DNA from: an uncultured Gemmatimonadales bacterium
Lineage (GTDB): Bacteria; Gemmatimonadota; Gemmatimonadetes; Longimicrobiales; RSA9
Assembly (NCBI GenBank): GCA_963798845.1
Contig: CAWCUS010000001.1
Coordinates: 224,001 to 288,000 of the forward strand
Direction: 5' to 3'
Length of the DNA stretch: 64,000 nt
Each line of letters opens with the position of its first letter. The stretch's first letter is position 1. A program made the translations under genes and the position numbers. Shown piece after piece: positions 38,243 to 48,158 of the stretch. Below the pieces are notes generated by a model that was not told where the DNA came from, did no database searches, and saw only the letters and a program-made list of their open reading frames with translations.

Positions 38243-38857
38243 CTATCCCGCGCTCGAGTACCGTTTCGCGACTTCGTCCCAGTCCACCACGTTCCACCAC
38301 GCGGACAGGTAGTCGCCCCGCTTGTTCTGGTACTTGAGGTAGTACGCGTGCTCCCACACGTCCACCCCCAGGAGCGGGACATCCCCCTTCATGTACGGGC
38401 TGTCCTGGTTGGGCGTGGCGTAAACCTTCAGTTGGCCGCCGCTCACCACCAGCCAACCCCAGCCGCTCCCGAACTGGCCCGACGCGGTGCTCGTGAGCTT
38501 CTCCTTGAAGTCGCTGAACGAGCCGAACTCGTTGTCGATCGCACCCGCCAGATCGCCCCCGGGCTCGCCGCCGCCGTTCGGCGACATGATCTTCCAGAAC
38601 ATGTCGTGGTTCGCGTACCCGCCGCCGTTGTTCCGCACGGCGGTCCGGATGTCCTCGGGCACGCTGTCGATGCTCCGCAGGATCTCCGAGATGGATCTGT
38701 CCTGCCAGTCCCGGTGCTTCTCGATCGCCGCGTTCAGCTTGTCCGTGTATCCCTTGTGGTGCCGGTCGTGGTGGATCTCCATGGTCCGCGCATCGATGTG
38801 CGGCTCGAGCGCATCGAACGAATACGGCAGGTCAGGCAGCTGGAACGGGTACGCCAT
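38243..38857 (-). CDS. sodA: Superoxide dismutase (Mn-type signature)
   Basis: [26 protein letters not shown]. Confidence 0.95.
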   Translation of the reverse strand: MAYPFQLPDLPYSFDALEPHIDARTMEIHHDRHHKGYTDKLNAAIEKHRDWQDRSISEILRSIDSVPEDIRTAVRNNGGGYANHDMFWKIMSPNGGGEPGGDLAGAIDNEFGSFSDFKEKLTSTASGQFGSGWGWLVVSGGQLKVYATPNQDSPYMKGDVPLLGVDVWEHAYYLKYQNKRGDYLSAWWNVVDWDEVAKRYSSAG

Positions 38858-38925
38858 GGCTCCTCCTCGAGGGTGTCACGAGAATCGTGTCTCTGCAGCA
38901 TGCACTGGAGAACGAGGCAGGGGCC

Positions 38926-38940
38926 GCAATACGGGTGCCA
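38926..38940 (-). promoter_or_regulatory. Sigma54 -24/-12 promoter of sodA
   Basis: TGGCAC-CCGTA-TTGC, a perfect consensus match in the intergenic gap. Confidence 0.75.
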
Positions 38941-38965
38941 TTACCGGGAACGTCCGGGGGGTGGG

Positions 38966-39196
38966 CTAGGCTTCCTCCAGCTCGCGTCCGCACTCGGCGC
39001 AGAAGCGGCTCGAGGGGGGATTGGCGGCCCGGCAACGGGGGCAGACGGTGCCCGCGGCCACGGCCGCGCGGTAGCGAGCCAGGTCCTGGTCGAGTGTGGG
39101 TGCGTCCGGATAGCGGCCTCGGCCGGCCAGGACCGGGAAAGCCACGGCGGCCAGGGCAATGAGGGCGAGCGCGCCGATGATCACGTACTGGAACAT
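38966..39196 (-). CDS. Small membrane-anchored zinc-ribbon protein
   Basis: N-terminal TM; CPRC..N...SRFCAECG. Confidence 0.8.
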   Translation of the reverse strand: MFQYVIIGALALIALAAVAFPVLAGRGRYPDAPTLDQDLARYRAAVAAGTVCPRCRAANPPSSRFCAECGRELEEA

Positions 39197-39198
39197 GG

Positions 39199-39606
39199 TC
39201 AGTTCAGCTGGTGGGAAAGCGTGAGGCCCAGGGCGACGCCTGCGGCGTCCCAGGTGAGATCCTTCAGGCTGAAGCGGCGGCCGGCGCGGCGGTCGTGGAC
39301 CTCCTTGCCGATCCCTGCCACGAAGGCAGCGGCCCCGGCAGCTGTGAACGCGGCCTGGCGCCGGAAGACGGTACGGCCGAACCCGTTTCCCAGGGCGGTG
39401 AGGGCGAACGACATGGTGAGGTGCCGGAGCTTGTCTTCCGCGATCCAGCGGTCCGGGCCTTCGGGCTGCGGCGCGGCGGCGGGGTGTGGCGGCCCGGCCA
39501 GGACGAGGCCGGGGTGCGCGATCTCCCCGTATGGCGCCGCGACCGGTCGCCCCGCGCCGTGCGCGGCCAGGAGCGCGACGGCCATGGCGAGGCCAGCCGG
39601 GATCAT
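39199..39606 (-). CDS. YfiM/DUF2279-like membrane protein
   Basis: DRW.AEDKLRH, GIGKEVHD, FSLKDLTWDAAG. Confidence 0.75.
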   Translation of the reverse strand: MIPAGLAMAVALLAAHGAGRPVAAPYGEIAHPGLVLAGPPHPAAAPQPEGPDRWIAEDKLRHLTMSFALTALGNGFGRTVFRRQAAFTAAGAAAFVAGIGKEVHDRRAGRRFSLKDLTWDAAGVALGLTLSHQLN

Positions 39607-40076
39607 CGGGCGACCGCCTGGAACGCCAGCTCCACCGCTTCCTCCCCGGTCTCGGCGAGCAGCAGCTCGAGCCCGGCCGTGAGCCCGGGCCGGAGCAGGA
39701 CGACGGGGACGCTGACCTTGGTCGCCAGCGCCACTTCGGAGAGCGTTCCCCACTCGCCGCCGATGGCGATCAGGGCATCGGCCGTACGGGCCACGAGCAG
39801 GTTCCTGCCTTCGCCGAGCCCGGTGGGCAGCGGAATCAGGATATGGCGGTTCGCGTTGCGGGCGTCACCCCCCGGCAGGAACCCGATGGTGATCCCATCC
39901 TCGGTCCGGGCACCGCGGGCGGCGGCTTCCATGACACCGCCCAGGCCGCCGCACAGGAGGACGCCGCCCCGCCTGGCGACGTGCCGCCCCACGTCCTCGG
40001 CCAGGCGGGCGAGCTCGGCGTCGCAGATCCCGGCACCGGCCACCGCGATCCGGATGGGCGGACGCGCGTCACTCAT
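39603..40076 (-). CDS. TIGR00725-family (SLOG/LOG-like) protein
   Basis: [29 protein letters not shown]. Confidence 0.88.
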   Translation of the reverse strand: MSDARPPIRIAVAGAGICDAELARLAEDVGRHVARRGGVLLCGGLGGVMEAAARGARTEDGITIGFLPGGDARNANRHILIPLPTGLGEGRNLLVARTADALIAIGGEWGTLSEVALATKVSVPVVLLRPGLTAGLELLLAETGEEAVELAFQAVAR

Positions 40077-41589
40077 GGGTCGCCCAGTGCAGCGCGGTTT
40101 CCACGGCCCGCTCCCACCCGCGGACCTGGCGTCCACGCTCCGCCGCGTCCATGCGCGGCTCGAAGTGGTCCGGCTCGGGGCGAGCGCCGAGAAACGCCCC
40201 GGCATCGGGCCAGACGCCCGTGGCGAGGCCGGCGAGCCCGGCGGCGCCGAGGGCCGTGGTCTCCAGGTTCTGCGGGCGCCGGACCGGGAGCCCGAGGAGG
40301 TCTGCCTGGAACTGCATCATCCAGTCGTTGGCGGCGGCGCCACCGTCCACGGCCAGCTCGCGGGCGCGCACGCCGGAATCGGCTTCCATGGCGAGGAGCA
40401 CCTCGCGCGTGGAGTGGGCCATGGCTTCGAGTGACGCCCTGGCCAGGTGCCGAGCGCCGCTGCCTCGGGTCAGCCCTACCAGCGTGCCGCGCGCCTCGGG
40501 GTTCCAGCGCGGCGCGCCCAGCCCGACGAAGGCGGGGACGAAATAGACGCCGTCGTTCGAGTCGAGGGAGGCGGCCATGTCGGAAGTTTCGTCGGCGGTG
40601 TCGATGAGGCCCAGGCCGTCCCGCAGCCATTGCACCGCTGCGCCCGCGACGAAGATGGCCCCCTCCAGCGCGTACGCGGGCTGTCCGGCGGCGTCGCAGG
40701 CGATGGTGGTGAGGAGCCCGCGCTCCGACTCGATCCGCTCGTCGCCGGTGTGCAGGAGGAGGAAGGCCCCGGTGCCGTACGTGTTCTTGGCGAGACCGGG
40801 ACGCCAGCACCCCTGGCCGAACAGCGCCGCCTGCTGGTCCCCGGCCACGCCGGCCACCGGCACCGGTGCGCCGAAGAGCGCCGGGTCCGTCTCGCCGAAG
40901 ACGCCGCTGGAGGGTCGGACGTCGGGGAGCAGCGCGCGCGGGATGCCGAACAGCCCGAGCAGATCGTCGTCCCATTCCCGGGCGTCAATGTTGTAGAGGA
41001 GGGTGCGGGAAGCGTTGGTCGGGTCCGTGGCGTGGACACGGCCGCCGGTCAGCTTCCAGATCAGCCAGCTGTCCACGGTTCCCGCCGCCAGCTCGCCCGC
41101 CTCCGCCCGCTCCCCCGCCCCGTCCACGTGCTCCAGCAGCCACTCCAGCTTGGTGCCCGAGAAGTAGGGGTCCACCACCAGCCCCGTGCGCGCCCGGATC
41201 CCCGGCTCCTCGCCTGCTTCCTTCAGCGCCCGGCAGCGGCCGGCCGTGCGGCGGTCCTGCCACACGATCGCCCGGTGGACCGGCTCGCCCGTGGCGCGGT
41301 CCCACAGCACCACCGTCTCGCGCTGGTTGGTGATCCCGATCCCGGCGACGACGGGGCCTCCGCCGGCCGCGCCGTCCCCGGCGACCCGGGCGTCCGCGGC
41401 GGCCAGCGCCTCCCTCGCCACCCGCAGCGTCACTGCCCAGATTTCCGCCGCGTCGTGCTCCACCAGTCCGGGCTCGGGGAAGTGCTGCGTGAACTCGGAG
41501 TACGCACGGCCGAGGACGCGCCCGTTGGCGCCGACCACCATGCACGTGCTGCCGGTCGTTCCCTGGTCGATGGCGAGAATCGCCTTCAC
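40069..41589 (-). CDS. glpK: Glycerol kinase
   Basis: [37 protein letters not shown]. Confidence 0.96.
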   Translation of the reverse strand: MKAILAIDQGTTGSTCMVVGANGRVLGRAYSEFTQHFPEPGLVEHDAAEIWAVTLRVAREALAAADARVAGDGAAGGGPVVAGIGITNQRETVVLWDRATGEPVHRAIVWQDRRTAGRCRALKEAGEEPGIRARTGLVVDPYFSGTKLEWLLEHVDGAGERAEAGELAAGTVDSWLIWKLTGGRVHATDPTNASRTLLYNIDAREWDDDLLGLFGIPRALLPDVRPSSGVFGETDPALFGAPVPVAGVAGDQQAALFGQGCWRPGLAKNTYGTGAFLLLHTGDERIESERGLLTTIACDAAGQPAYALEGAIFVAGAAVQWLRDGLGLIDTADETSDMAASLDSNDGVYFVPAFVGLGAPRWNPEARGTLVGLTRGSGARHLARASLEAMAHSTREVLLAMEADSGVRARELAVDGGAAANDWMMQFQADLLGLPVRRPQNLETTALGAAGLAGLATGVWPDAGAFLGARPEPDHFEPRMDAAERGRQVRGWERAVETALHWATHE

Positions 41590-42194
41590 GCCCCACCTCC
41601 TCTTTGGAGTCGGCCGAACCGGTACTGCCACCCGAGGCGCTCGAGCAGGCGGACCAGCGTGAGCAGCGGGAGCCCCATGACCGCGAAATAATCTCCCGCA
41701 ACACGCTCCACCAGCACGGCCCCGAAACCCTGGATGCCGTACGCCCCGGCCTTGTCCAGCGGCTCGCCCGTCGCGGCATACCCTTCCGCGGTGGCGCGGT
41801 CGAACGCGCGGAAGCGGACGTCCACTCCCACGGCCGCGGACACCGCCCGGCCGCCGGGAGCCACCACCGCCACACCGGTCTCCACCCGATGCTCGCGGCC
41901 CTGCAGCCGGAGCAGCATCTCGATCGCTTCGGCTTCGTCTTCCGGCTTCGTCAGGATCTCTCCGTCCAGCACCACCACCGTGTCTCCGCCCACGACGAGC
42001 GCGTCCGGGTGCCTGGCGGCGGTCACTCTCGCCTTTTCCAGAGCGAGCCGCTCAACATGTGGCGCCGGCGCTTCCTCCGCGAGCGGCATCTCGTCGACGT
42101 GCGCGGGATCCACGGTGAACTCCAGGCCGAGCTGTTCCAGCAGCGTGCGGCGGCGAGGGGAGGCGGAGGCCAGGACCAGGCGGGGCGGCGTCAT
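41586..42194 (-). CDS. maf: Maf-family nucleoside triphosphate pyrophosphatase
   Basis: [29 protein letters not shown]. Confidence 0.94.
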   Translation of the reverse strand: MTPPRLVLASASPRRRTLLEQLGLEFTVDPAHVDEMPLAEEAPAPHVERLALEKARVTAARHPDALVVGGDTVVVLDGEILTKPEDEAEAIEMLLRLQGREHRVETGVAVVAPGGRAVSAAVGVDVRFRAFDRATAEGYAATGEPLDKAGAYGIQGFGAVLVERVAGDYFAVMGLPLLTLVRLLERLGWQYRFGRLQRGGGA

Positions 42195-42631
42195 CGCTCC
42201 AGGACGAGGGTGACCGGGCCGTCGTTCGTCAGCTCCACGTTCATCATCGCGCCGAACTCACCGCTCTCCACGCGTCCAGGGGCCCGCTCCCGCAGGAGCT
42301 CGAGGAAACGCTCGTAGAGCGGCTCCGCCGCTTCGGGCGGGGCGGCGCCGATGAAGCTGGGCCGGCGCCCCTTCCGCACATCGCCGTAGAGGGTGAACTG
42401 GCTCACGACCAGGAGCGCGCCTCCCACGTCGTCCAGCGCGAGGTTCATCTTCCCCTCGTGGTCGGCGAACAGGCGGAGCCCGATGATCTTGTCCGCCATC
42501 CAGGTCAACGCGCCATCGTCGTCGTCCGGGGCGAAGCCGGCCAGGACCACGAAGCCGCGGCCGATCCGCCCCACGATCCGGCCGTCGATCCGGACTTCGG
42601 CCCGGCTCACGCGCTGCAGGACGATCCGCAC
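42191..42631 (-). CDS. dtd: D-aminoacyl-tRNA deacylase
   Basis: LQRV, SQFTL, GRRPSF, FGAMM, NDGPVT. Confidence 0.96.
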   Translation of the reverse strand: MRIVLQRVSRAEVRIDGRIVGRIGRGFVVLAGFAPDDDDGALTWMADKIIGLRLFADHEGKMNLALDDVGGALLVVSQFTLYGDVRKGRRPSFIGAAPPEAAEPLYERFLELLRERAPGRVESGEFGAMMNVELTNDGPVTLVLER

Positions 42632-42635
42632 GCCG

Positions 42636-44468
42636 TCATTCGACGGTGACCGACTTCGCCAGGTTTCGCGGCTGGTCCACGTGGCAGCCTCGCATGACGG
42701 CCACGTGGTACGCCAGGAGCTGGAGCGGGACCGTGGCGAGCACCGGCGTCAGCATGTCAATGGTGCCCGGAATCGTGATCAGGTGGTCGACCTTGTCTCG
42801 CAGCTCGGTGTCCCCGTCGCTGACCACGGCGATGACGCGCCCGCCCCGGGTCTTCACCTCTTCGATGTTCGACACCACCTTGCCGTAAACCGCGTCGTGG
42901 GGCGCCACCACCACGACCGGCATCTCGTCGGTGATGAGGGCGATGGGCCCGTGCTTCATCTCCGCGGCGGGCAGCCCCTCCGCGTGGATATAGCTGATCT
43001 CCTTCAGCTTCAGCGCCCCCTCCAGCGCCGTCGGGAAGTTGTAGCCGCGCCCCAGGTACAGGAAATTGCCCGCGTCCTTGTACGTGCGCGCCAGCGCCCG
43101 GATGCTGTCGTTGAGCTCCAGCACCTGGCGCACCTGGCCGGGGAGCGCCTTCATCGCGTTCACGATGTCCCGGCCCTGGACCACCGACATGCCCCGTCGG
43201 CGCGCCATGAGCAGCGTGAACAGCGCCAGCACCGCCACCTGGCTCGTGAACGCCTTCGTGGACGCCACGCCGATCTCCGGGCCCGCGTGGATGTAGACGC
43301 CGCCATCGGTCTCGCGCGCGATGGTGGAGCCCACCACGTTGACGATCCCCATGGCCAGCGCACCCTGCCGCTTCGCTTCCCGGACCGCGGCGAGCGTGTC
43401 CGCCGTCTCCCCGGACTGGCTGATGGTGATGACGGTCGTATTCGGCCGGATCACAGGGTTCCGGTAGCGGAACTCCGAGGCGTACTCCACCTCCACCGGG
43501 ATGCGGGCGAACTCCTCGATCATGTACTCGCCGATCAGCCCGGCGTGCCAGGAGGTGCCCGAGGCGATGATGACGATCTGCTCGGTCCCCGAGAGCCGCT
43601 CGAGCATGTGCTCCAGGCCACCCAGCTTTGCCGTCCCCTCCTCTTCCAGCAGCCGGCCGCGCATGGCGTTCTCGAGCGTTTCCGGCTGCTCGAAGATCTC
43701 CTTCATCATGAAGTGGTCGAACCCGCTCTTCTCGATGGCGTCCAGGTCCCAGTCGACCCGCGTCACCTCCTTCGCGAGCTCGCGCCCCTTCAGCGTCGAG
43801 ATCTGGTAGCCGTCGCGCGTGAGGACGGCCATTTCGCCGTCCTCCAGATAGACGAAGTTGCGGGTGTGCGCGAGCACGGCCGCCACATCGCTGGCCAGGA
43901 AGTATTCGTGGTTCTCACCCACGCCCACCAGCAGCGGGCTCCCCTTCCTCGCCCCGACGATCTTGTCCGGCTCCCGCGCACTTATGATGGCCAGGCCGTA
44001 TGTCCCCTCGACCTGGGCCAGCGCGGCCCGGACCGCCTGTTCGAGCGAGCCGTCGTACGCTTCCTCGATCAGGTGCGCCACGACCTCCGTGTCCGTCTCG
44101 GTCTGGAACGTGTGGCCGAGGCTGATCAGCTTCTTCTTCAGGGTGCCGGCGTTCTCGATGATCCCGTTGTGGACCAGCGCGATCTCGCCTTTGCAGTCCA
44201 CGTGGGGATGGGCGTTCGGCTCCGTCGGCGCGCCGTGCGTCGCCCACCGCGTGTGCGCGATCCCGCACGACGAATCCGGCAGCCCGTCGCCGTTCAGCCG
44301 GTTCTCCAGCTCCGTTATCCTTCCCACGGCCTTGCGCGTGTCCAGCCCTGCCCCGTTCGTCACCGTGATGCCGGCCGAGTCGTACCCCCTGTATTCCAGA
44401 CGACGCAGCCCCTCGATCAGGAGTGGCGTGGCCGTCCGTCCACCGATATAGCCTACAATGCCGCACAT
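42636..44468 (-). CDS. glmS: Glutamine--fructose-6-phosphate aminotransferase
   Basis: MCGIVG, LEYRGYDSAG, HTRWATHG, PRNLAKSVTVE. Confidence 0.98.
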   Translation of the reverse strand: MCGIVGYIGGRTATPLLIEGLRRLEYRGYDSAGITVTNGAGLDTRKAVGRITELENRLNGDGLPDSSCGIAHTRWATHGAPTEPNAHPHVDCKGEIALVHNGIIENAGTLKKKLISLGHTFQTETDTEVVAHLIEEAYDGSLEQAVRAALAQVEGTYGLAIISAREPDKIVGARKGSPLLVGVGENHEYFLASDVAAVLAHTRNFVYLEDGEMAVLTRDGYQISTLKGRELAKEVTRVDWDLDAIEKSGFDHFMMKEIFEQPETLENAMRGRLLEEEGTAKLGGLEHMLERLSGTEQIVIIASGTSWHAGLIGEYMIEEFARIPVEVEYASEFRYRNPVIRPNTTVITISQSGETADTLAAVREAKRQGALAMGIVNVVGSTIARETDGGVYIHAGPEIGVASTKAFTSQVAVLALFTLLMARRRGMSVVQGRDIVNAMKALPGQVRQVLELNDSIRALARTYKDAGNFLYLGRGYNFPTALEGALKLKEISYIHAEGLPAAEMKHGPIALITDEMPVVVVAPHDAVYGKVVSNIEEVKTRGGRVIAVVSDGDTELRDKVDHLITIPGTIDMLTPVLATVPLQLLAYHVAVMRGCHVDQPRNLAKSVTVE

Positions 44469-44472
44469 TCGC

Positions 44473-45870
44473 TCAGCCGTTCGTTGAGATTCCCTGGAGT
44501 GCGGCCCTCGCGGCTCGCACCAGCCCCTTCGCCTCTTCCCTGTTCGGCGCCTCGGCGATCATGCGCACGATCGGCTCCGTCCCGCTCGGCCGGAAGTGGA
44601 GCCAGCGCCGAAGCTCCGGCCAGCCGAGCCACAGCCCGTCCTGACGGTCCGCCACGGGCGCATGGAGCTCGGCCGCCAGGCGGTCGTACGCTGGCTCCAG
44701 CGCTCCCTCCGGACGGCGCACGCTGTCCTTCACGATGCTGTACGCCGGCCACGCGGCCACGATCTCGCTGACCGGCCGCCCCTCCTCGAGCAGGAGCTGG
44801 AGGACCAGCGCAGCCGCTACCTGGGCGTCCCGGGTCAGGTGAACCGCCGGGAAGATGACCCCTCCGTTCCCTTCGCCCCCGATCGTCGCGCCTTCCCTCT
44901 GCATCCGCCGGGCCACGTTGATCTCGCCCACCGGGGCGCGGTGGAACGGAACACCGGCGTCCGCGGCCGCGTCCTCTACCACACGACTGGTCGAGAGGTT
45001 CGTCACCACGGGGCCCGGGCGGTGGCGCAGCGCCAGCCGCGTCGCCAGCGCGAGCGTGTAGTCCTCCCCGATGGCCGCACCCGTCTCGTCCACCAGCGAC
45101 AGCCGGTCCGCGTCGGGATCCGTGGCGAGCCCTATGTCCGCCCCGGTCTCCCGCACCAGCGCCTCCAGCTCGCCCAGGTGCTCTGCCGTGGGCTCTGGCT
45201 TCCGCTCGAACCGGCCGTCCGGCTCCAGGTTGATCCCGTGGACCTCGCAGCCGAGCGATTCGAGAAGGCGAGGCAGCGTGATGGAGCCCGCGCCGCGGAT
45301 GCAGTCCAGCGCGACCCGGAACCGCCGCCGGCGGAGCGCTTTCAGGTCCAGGAACGGCAGGTCGAGGATCGCCGACACGTGCCGCTCCGCCGCCCCTTCG
45401 TCCTCCGTGACGAAGCCGATCCCGTCCCATGCCTTCCACGGCGGCTCGCGCTCCAGCTGCGACCGCATCGCCGCGGACTCTTCCGTGTCCAGGAACATGC
45501 CCGCCGACAATGCCAGCTTGAGCGCGTTCCACTCCACGGGGTTGTGGCTCGCCGTCACGATGATGCCGCCGTCCGCACCGTGGTGCCGGACGGCCATCAG
45601 CGCCGTCGGGGTCGGCACGAGCCCGACGTGGACCACCTCGCAGCCGATCCCCTCCAGCGCCGCGCTCACCGCCCGCACCAGCAGCGGTCCGGATGTCCGC
45701 GAGTCGCGGGCGACGACCACCCGTGGCCGCCCCTCCGCCCGCTCCTCCAGGTACGCGCCGAACGCCGCCGCGAACGCCGCCGCCACCCGCGGCGTGAGCC
45801 CCTCCCCCACGCGCCCGCGAACCCCGGAGACGCTCACCATGAGGGTGTTCGGGATCTGGAAAGCGTGCAT
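44473..45870 (-). CDS. glmM: Phosphoglucosamine mutase
   Basis: SGVRG, TASHNP, DPDADR, GGEGNGG, RPSGTEP; directly upstream of glmS. Confidence 0.88.
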   Translation of the reverse strand: MHAFQIPNTLMVSVSGVRGRVGEGLTPRVAAAFAAAFGAYLEERAEGRPRVVVARDSRTSGPLLVRAVSAALEGIGCEVVHVGLVPTPTALMAVRHHGADGGIIVTASHNPVEWNALKLALSAGMFLDTEESAAMRSQLEREPPWKAWDGIGFVTEDEGAAERHVSAILDLPFLDLKALRRRRFRVALDCIRGAGSITLPRLLESLGCEVHGINLEPDGRFERKPEPTAEHLGELEALVRETGADIGLATDPDADRLSLVDETGAAIGEDYTLALATRLALRHRPGPVVTNLSTSRVVEDAAADAGVPFHRAPVGEINVARRMQREGATIGGEGNGGVIFPAVHLTRDAQVAAALVLQLLLEEGRPVSEIVAAWPAYSIVKDSVRRPEGALEPAYDRLAAELHAPVADRQDGLWLGWPELRRWLHFRPSGTEPIVRMIAEAPNREEAKGLVRAARAALQGISTNG

Positions 45871-45986
45871 CGTCTCCCTTGTGCGAAAAGAGCCGCCGCC
45901 CGGAAGGCGCCGGCCCGCGAAGATAGGCAAAGCTAGGCGCAAGCGCGCACGTGAGTCAATTCGGTACCGGCGCGGGCCGCAACGCG

Positions 45987-46790
45987 TCAGCCGGGGAGGA
46001 ACCGGGCGAGGAGTTTCACGACGGCATCCGGGTTGTCCGCGTTCAGCCAGTGCCCACCCTGCACCGCGTGGAGAAAGACCCGTCCGGTGGCCTGGCCGGC
46101 CGACCCGATGCGCGCCACGGCCTCCGCGCCGAGTACTGGCGAGCCAGTGGCACGGACGAAGTGGAGGGTCAGTCCGTCGCGCGGTGACTCGACCACCTCC
46201 CAGAGGTCCTGGCGGAAGAAGTCGCGCAGCAGCGCCTCCATCCGGTCGAAGTCGAGCCGCCACCGGTACTCGCCGCCGCGCCACTCCAGGTTCGTGCTCA
46301 TCCACAGCGCCACGGGCTCGGCCACGCCCTGCGCGGTGAGCGCCGCCACGGCCGCATCGCGGTCGTCGAAGCTCGCCGGCAGGCGACGCAGCCGATCCAG
46401 CATCTCCCACGCCGCCCCTTCCGGAACCCTCGCCTCGGGCGTCGAGTCGATCACCCACACCTGCTCGATCGCGCGGTCATCGCGACCGCGAACCAGTGCG
46501 ACCTTGCCGCCGAAAGAGTGGCCCAGGATCGCGGCTGCCCGTCCCGCCGGCTCCAGCGCATCCAGGTCCGACGCCGCGGCCTCCAGCGTGTCCGGCGGCG
46601 GGAATCCGGTCGACTCCCCGTGCTCCCGCAGATCCACCAGCAACGCCCCCCACTCCGGCCGGCGTTCCACCACCGCGCGCGCCACCGACGCCCAGTTCCG
46701 CCCCGCGCCGTAGATGCCATGGAGCATCAGCAGCCAGCGGTCTGGCGCCGCCCCCGTCGCCTTCACCGCCCTCGTATTCAGATCCGGCAT
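45987..46790 (-). CDS. Alpha/beta hydrolase (YbfF-like esterase)
   Basis: HGIYG, DLREHG, GHSFGG, GHWLNADNP. Confidence 0.9.
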   Translation of the reverse strand: MPDLNTRAVKATGAAPDRWLLMLHGIYGAGRNWASVARAVVERRPEWGALLVDLREHGESTGFPPPDTLEAAASDLDALEPAGRAAAILGHSFGGKVALVRGRDDRAIEQVWVIDSTPEARVPEGAAWEMLDRLRRLPASFDDRDAAVAALTAQGVAEPVALWMSTNLEWRGGEYRWRLDFDRMEALLRDFFRQDLWEVVESPRDGLTLHFVRATGSPVLGAEAVARIGSAGQATGRVFLHAVQGGHWLNADNPDAVVKLLARFLPG

Positions 46791-46883
46791 TCCCGTGCCT
46801 CACCCTTTCGCGCGCTGGCCCGCCCGGGAGCACGGGCGTATCTTCCCGTGCCTCGCATCCACCCTGTTCCGACGCGGAATTCC

Positions 46884-48044
46884 ATGACAGGTAAGCAGCC
46901 TGGCTTCGCCACGCGCGCCATCCATGCCGGCCAGTCGCCGGACCCCACCACCGGCGCCATCATGCCGCCGATTTACCAGACGTCCACGTACGTGCAGCCG
47001 GCACTCGGCCAGCCCAGGGACGGATACGAGTACGCCCGCGTCAGCAACCCCACACGCGACGCGCTCCAGGCCAATGTGGCGGCGCTCGAAGGGGCACGCC
47101 ACGGCGCCTCGTTCGCCAGCGGCCTGGCGGCCATCGAGGCGGTGGTCAAGAAGCTCTCCGCGGGCGACCACGTGGTCAGCGAAGAGAACACGTACGGCGG
47201 CACCACGCGCATGTTCGACACGGTGCTCGCACGGCTGGGCATCGAGTTCACCTACGTCGACTCGCGCGACCCCGACGCCATCCGCTCGGCGATCCGCCCG
47301 AATACGAAGCTGATCCACCTGGAGACGCCGACGAACCCCATGATGCGCCTCACCGACCTGGAGGCGGCGGCAGTGATCGGGCGCGACGCGGGTGTGACGA
47401 CGTGCGTGGACAACACCTTCGCCACCCCCTACAACCAGCGGCCCCTGGAGCTCGGGATCGATCTCGTGGTGCACTCCACCACCAAGTACCTGAACGGGCA
47501 CAGCGACGTCATTGGCGGTATCGTCCTCACCAGCGATGAGGAGTGGGCGGAGCATCTCTATTACCTCCAGAAGGCCGCGGGCGCCGTGCCTGGCCCCATG
47601 GATGCGTGGCTTACGCTCCGCGGCACGAAGACGCTCGCCGTGCGAATGGAAGCCCACAACCGCAACGGCATGGCCATGGCCGAGTTCCTGGCCGGGCACC
47701 CGAAGGTGGAGCGGGTCAACTATCCCGGACTCCCGTCGCACCCGCAGCACGGGCTGGCGAAGCGGCAGATGACGGGTTTCACCGGCATGCTCAGCGTGGA
47801 GCTCGGCTCCATGGAGCGGGCCCGGTCCGTGGTCCAGGCCACGAAGATCTTCGCCCTGGCCGAGAGCCTCGGCGGCGTCGAGAGCCTGATCGGGCACCCG
47901 GCCATGCAGACCCACGCCGCGGTCGATCCCGAGCGGCGACGCGCCATCGGAATCAGCGATGGTCTCGTCCGCCTGTCCGTCGGCATCGAGGATATCGACG
48001 ACCTGAGGGACGACATCGCCCAGGCTCTCGACGCCGCGGCCTGA
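46884..48044 (+). CDS. Cystathionine gamma-lyase/synthase (Cys/Met PLP enzyme)
   Basis: ATRAIHAG, YARVSNPT, ETPTNP, HSTTKYLNGHSD, AESLGGVES. Confidence 0.93.
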   Translation: MTGKQPGFATRAIHAGQSPDPTTGAIMPPIYQTSTYVQPALGQPRDGYEYARVSNPTRDALQANVAALEGARHGASFASGLAAIEAVVKKLSAGDHVVSEENTYGGTTRMFDTVLARLGIEFTYVDSRDPDAIRSAIRPNTKLIHLETPTNPMMRLTDLEAAAVIGRDAGVTTCVDNTFATPYNQRPLELGIDLVVHSTTKYLNGHSDVIGGIVLTSDEEWAEHLYYLQKAAGAVPGPMDAWLTLRGTKTLAVRMEAHNRNGMAMAEFLAGHPKVERVNYPGLPSHPQHGLAKRQMTGFTGMLSVELGSMERARSVVQATKIFALAESLGGVESLIGHPAMQTHAAVDPERRRAIGISDGLVRLSVGIEDIDDLRDDIAQALDAAA

Positions 48045-48065
48045 CCGCGAGCGCGGCCCGCCGCG

Positions 48066-48092
48066 GGAAACCTCCGGGTCCGCGAGCGCGTA
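48066..48092 (+). promoter_or_regulatory. Putative ECF sigma promoter of the M48 peptidase
   Basis: GGAAAC-N17-CGTA, same architecture as the sites at 55927 and 56581. Confidence 0.65.
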
Positions 48093-48158
48093 AGGAATAC
48101 TGTCCGGCCGGGGGCCTGCCCCGCCGTGCACGCCATCATAGTGGAGGGAGCCACACCG

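Noticed and set aside
44469..44472. glmS ribozyme
   Set aside because: glmS follows glmM after 4 bp, leaving no room for a leader.
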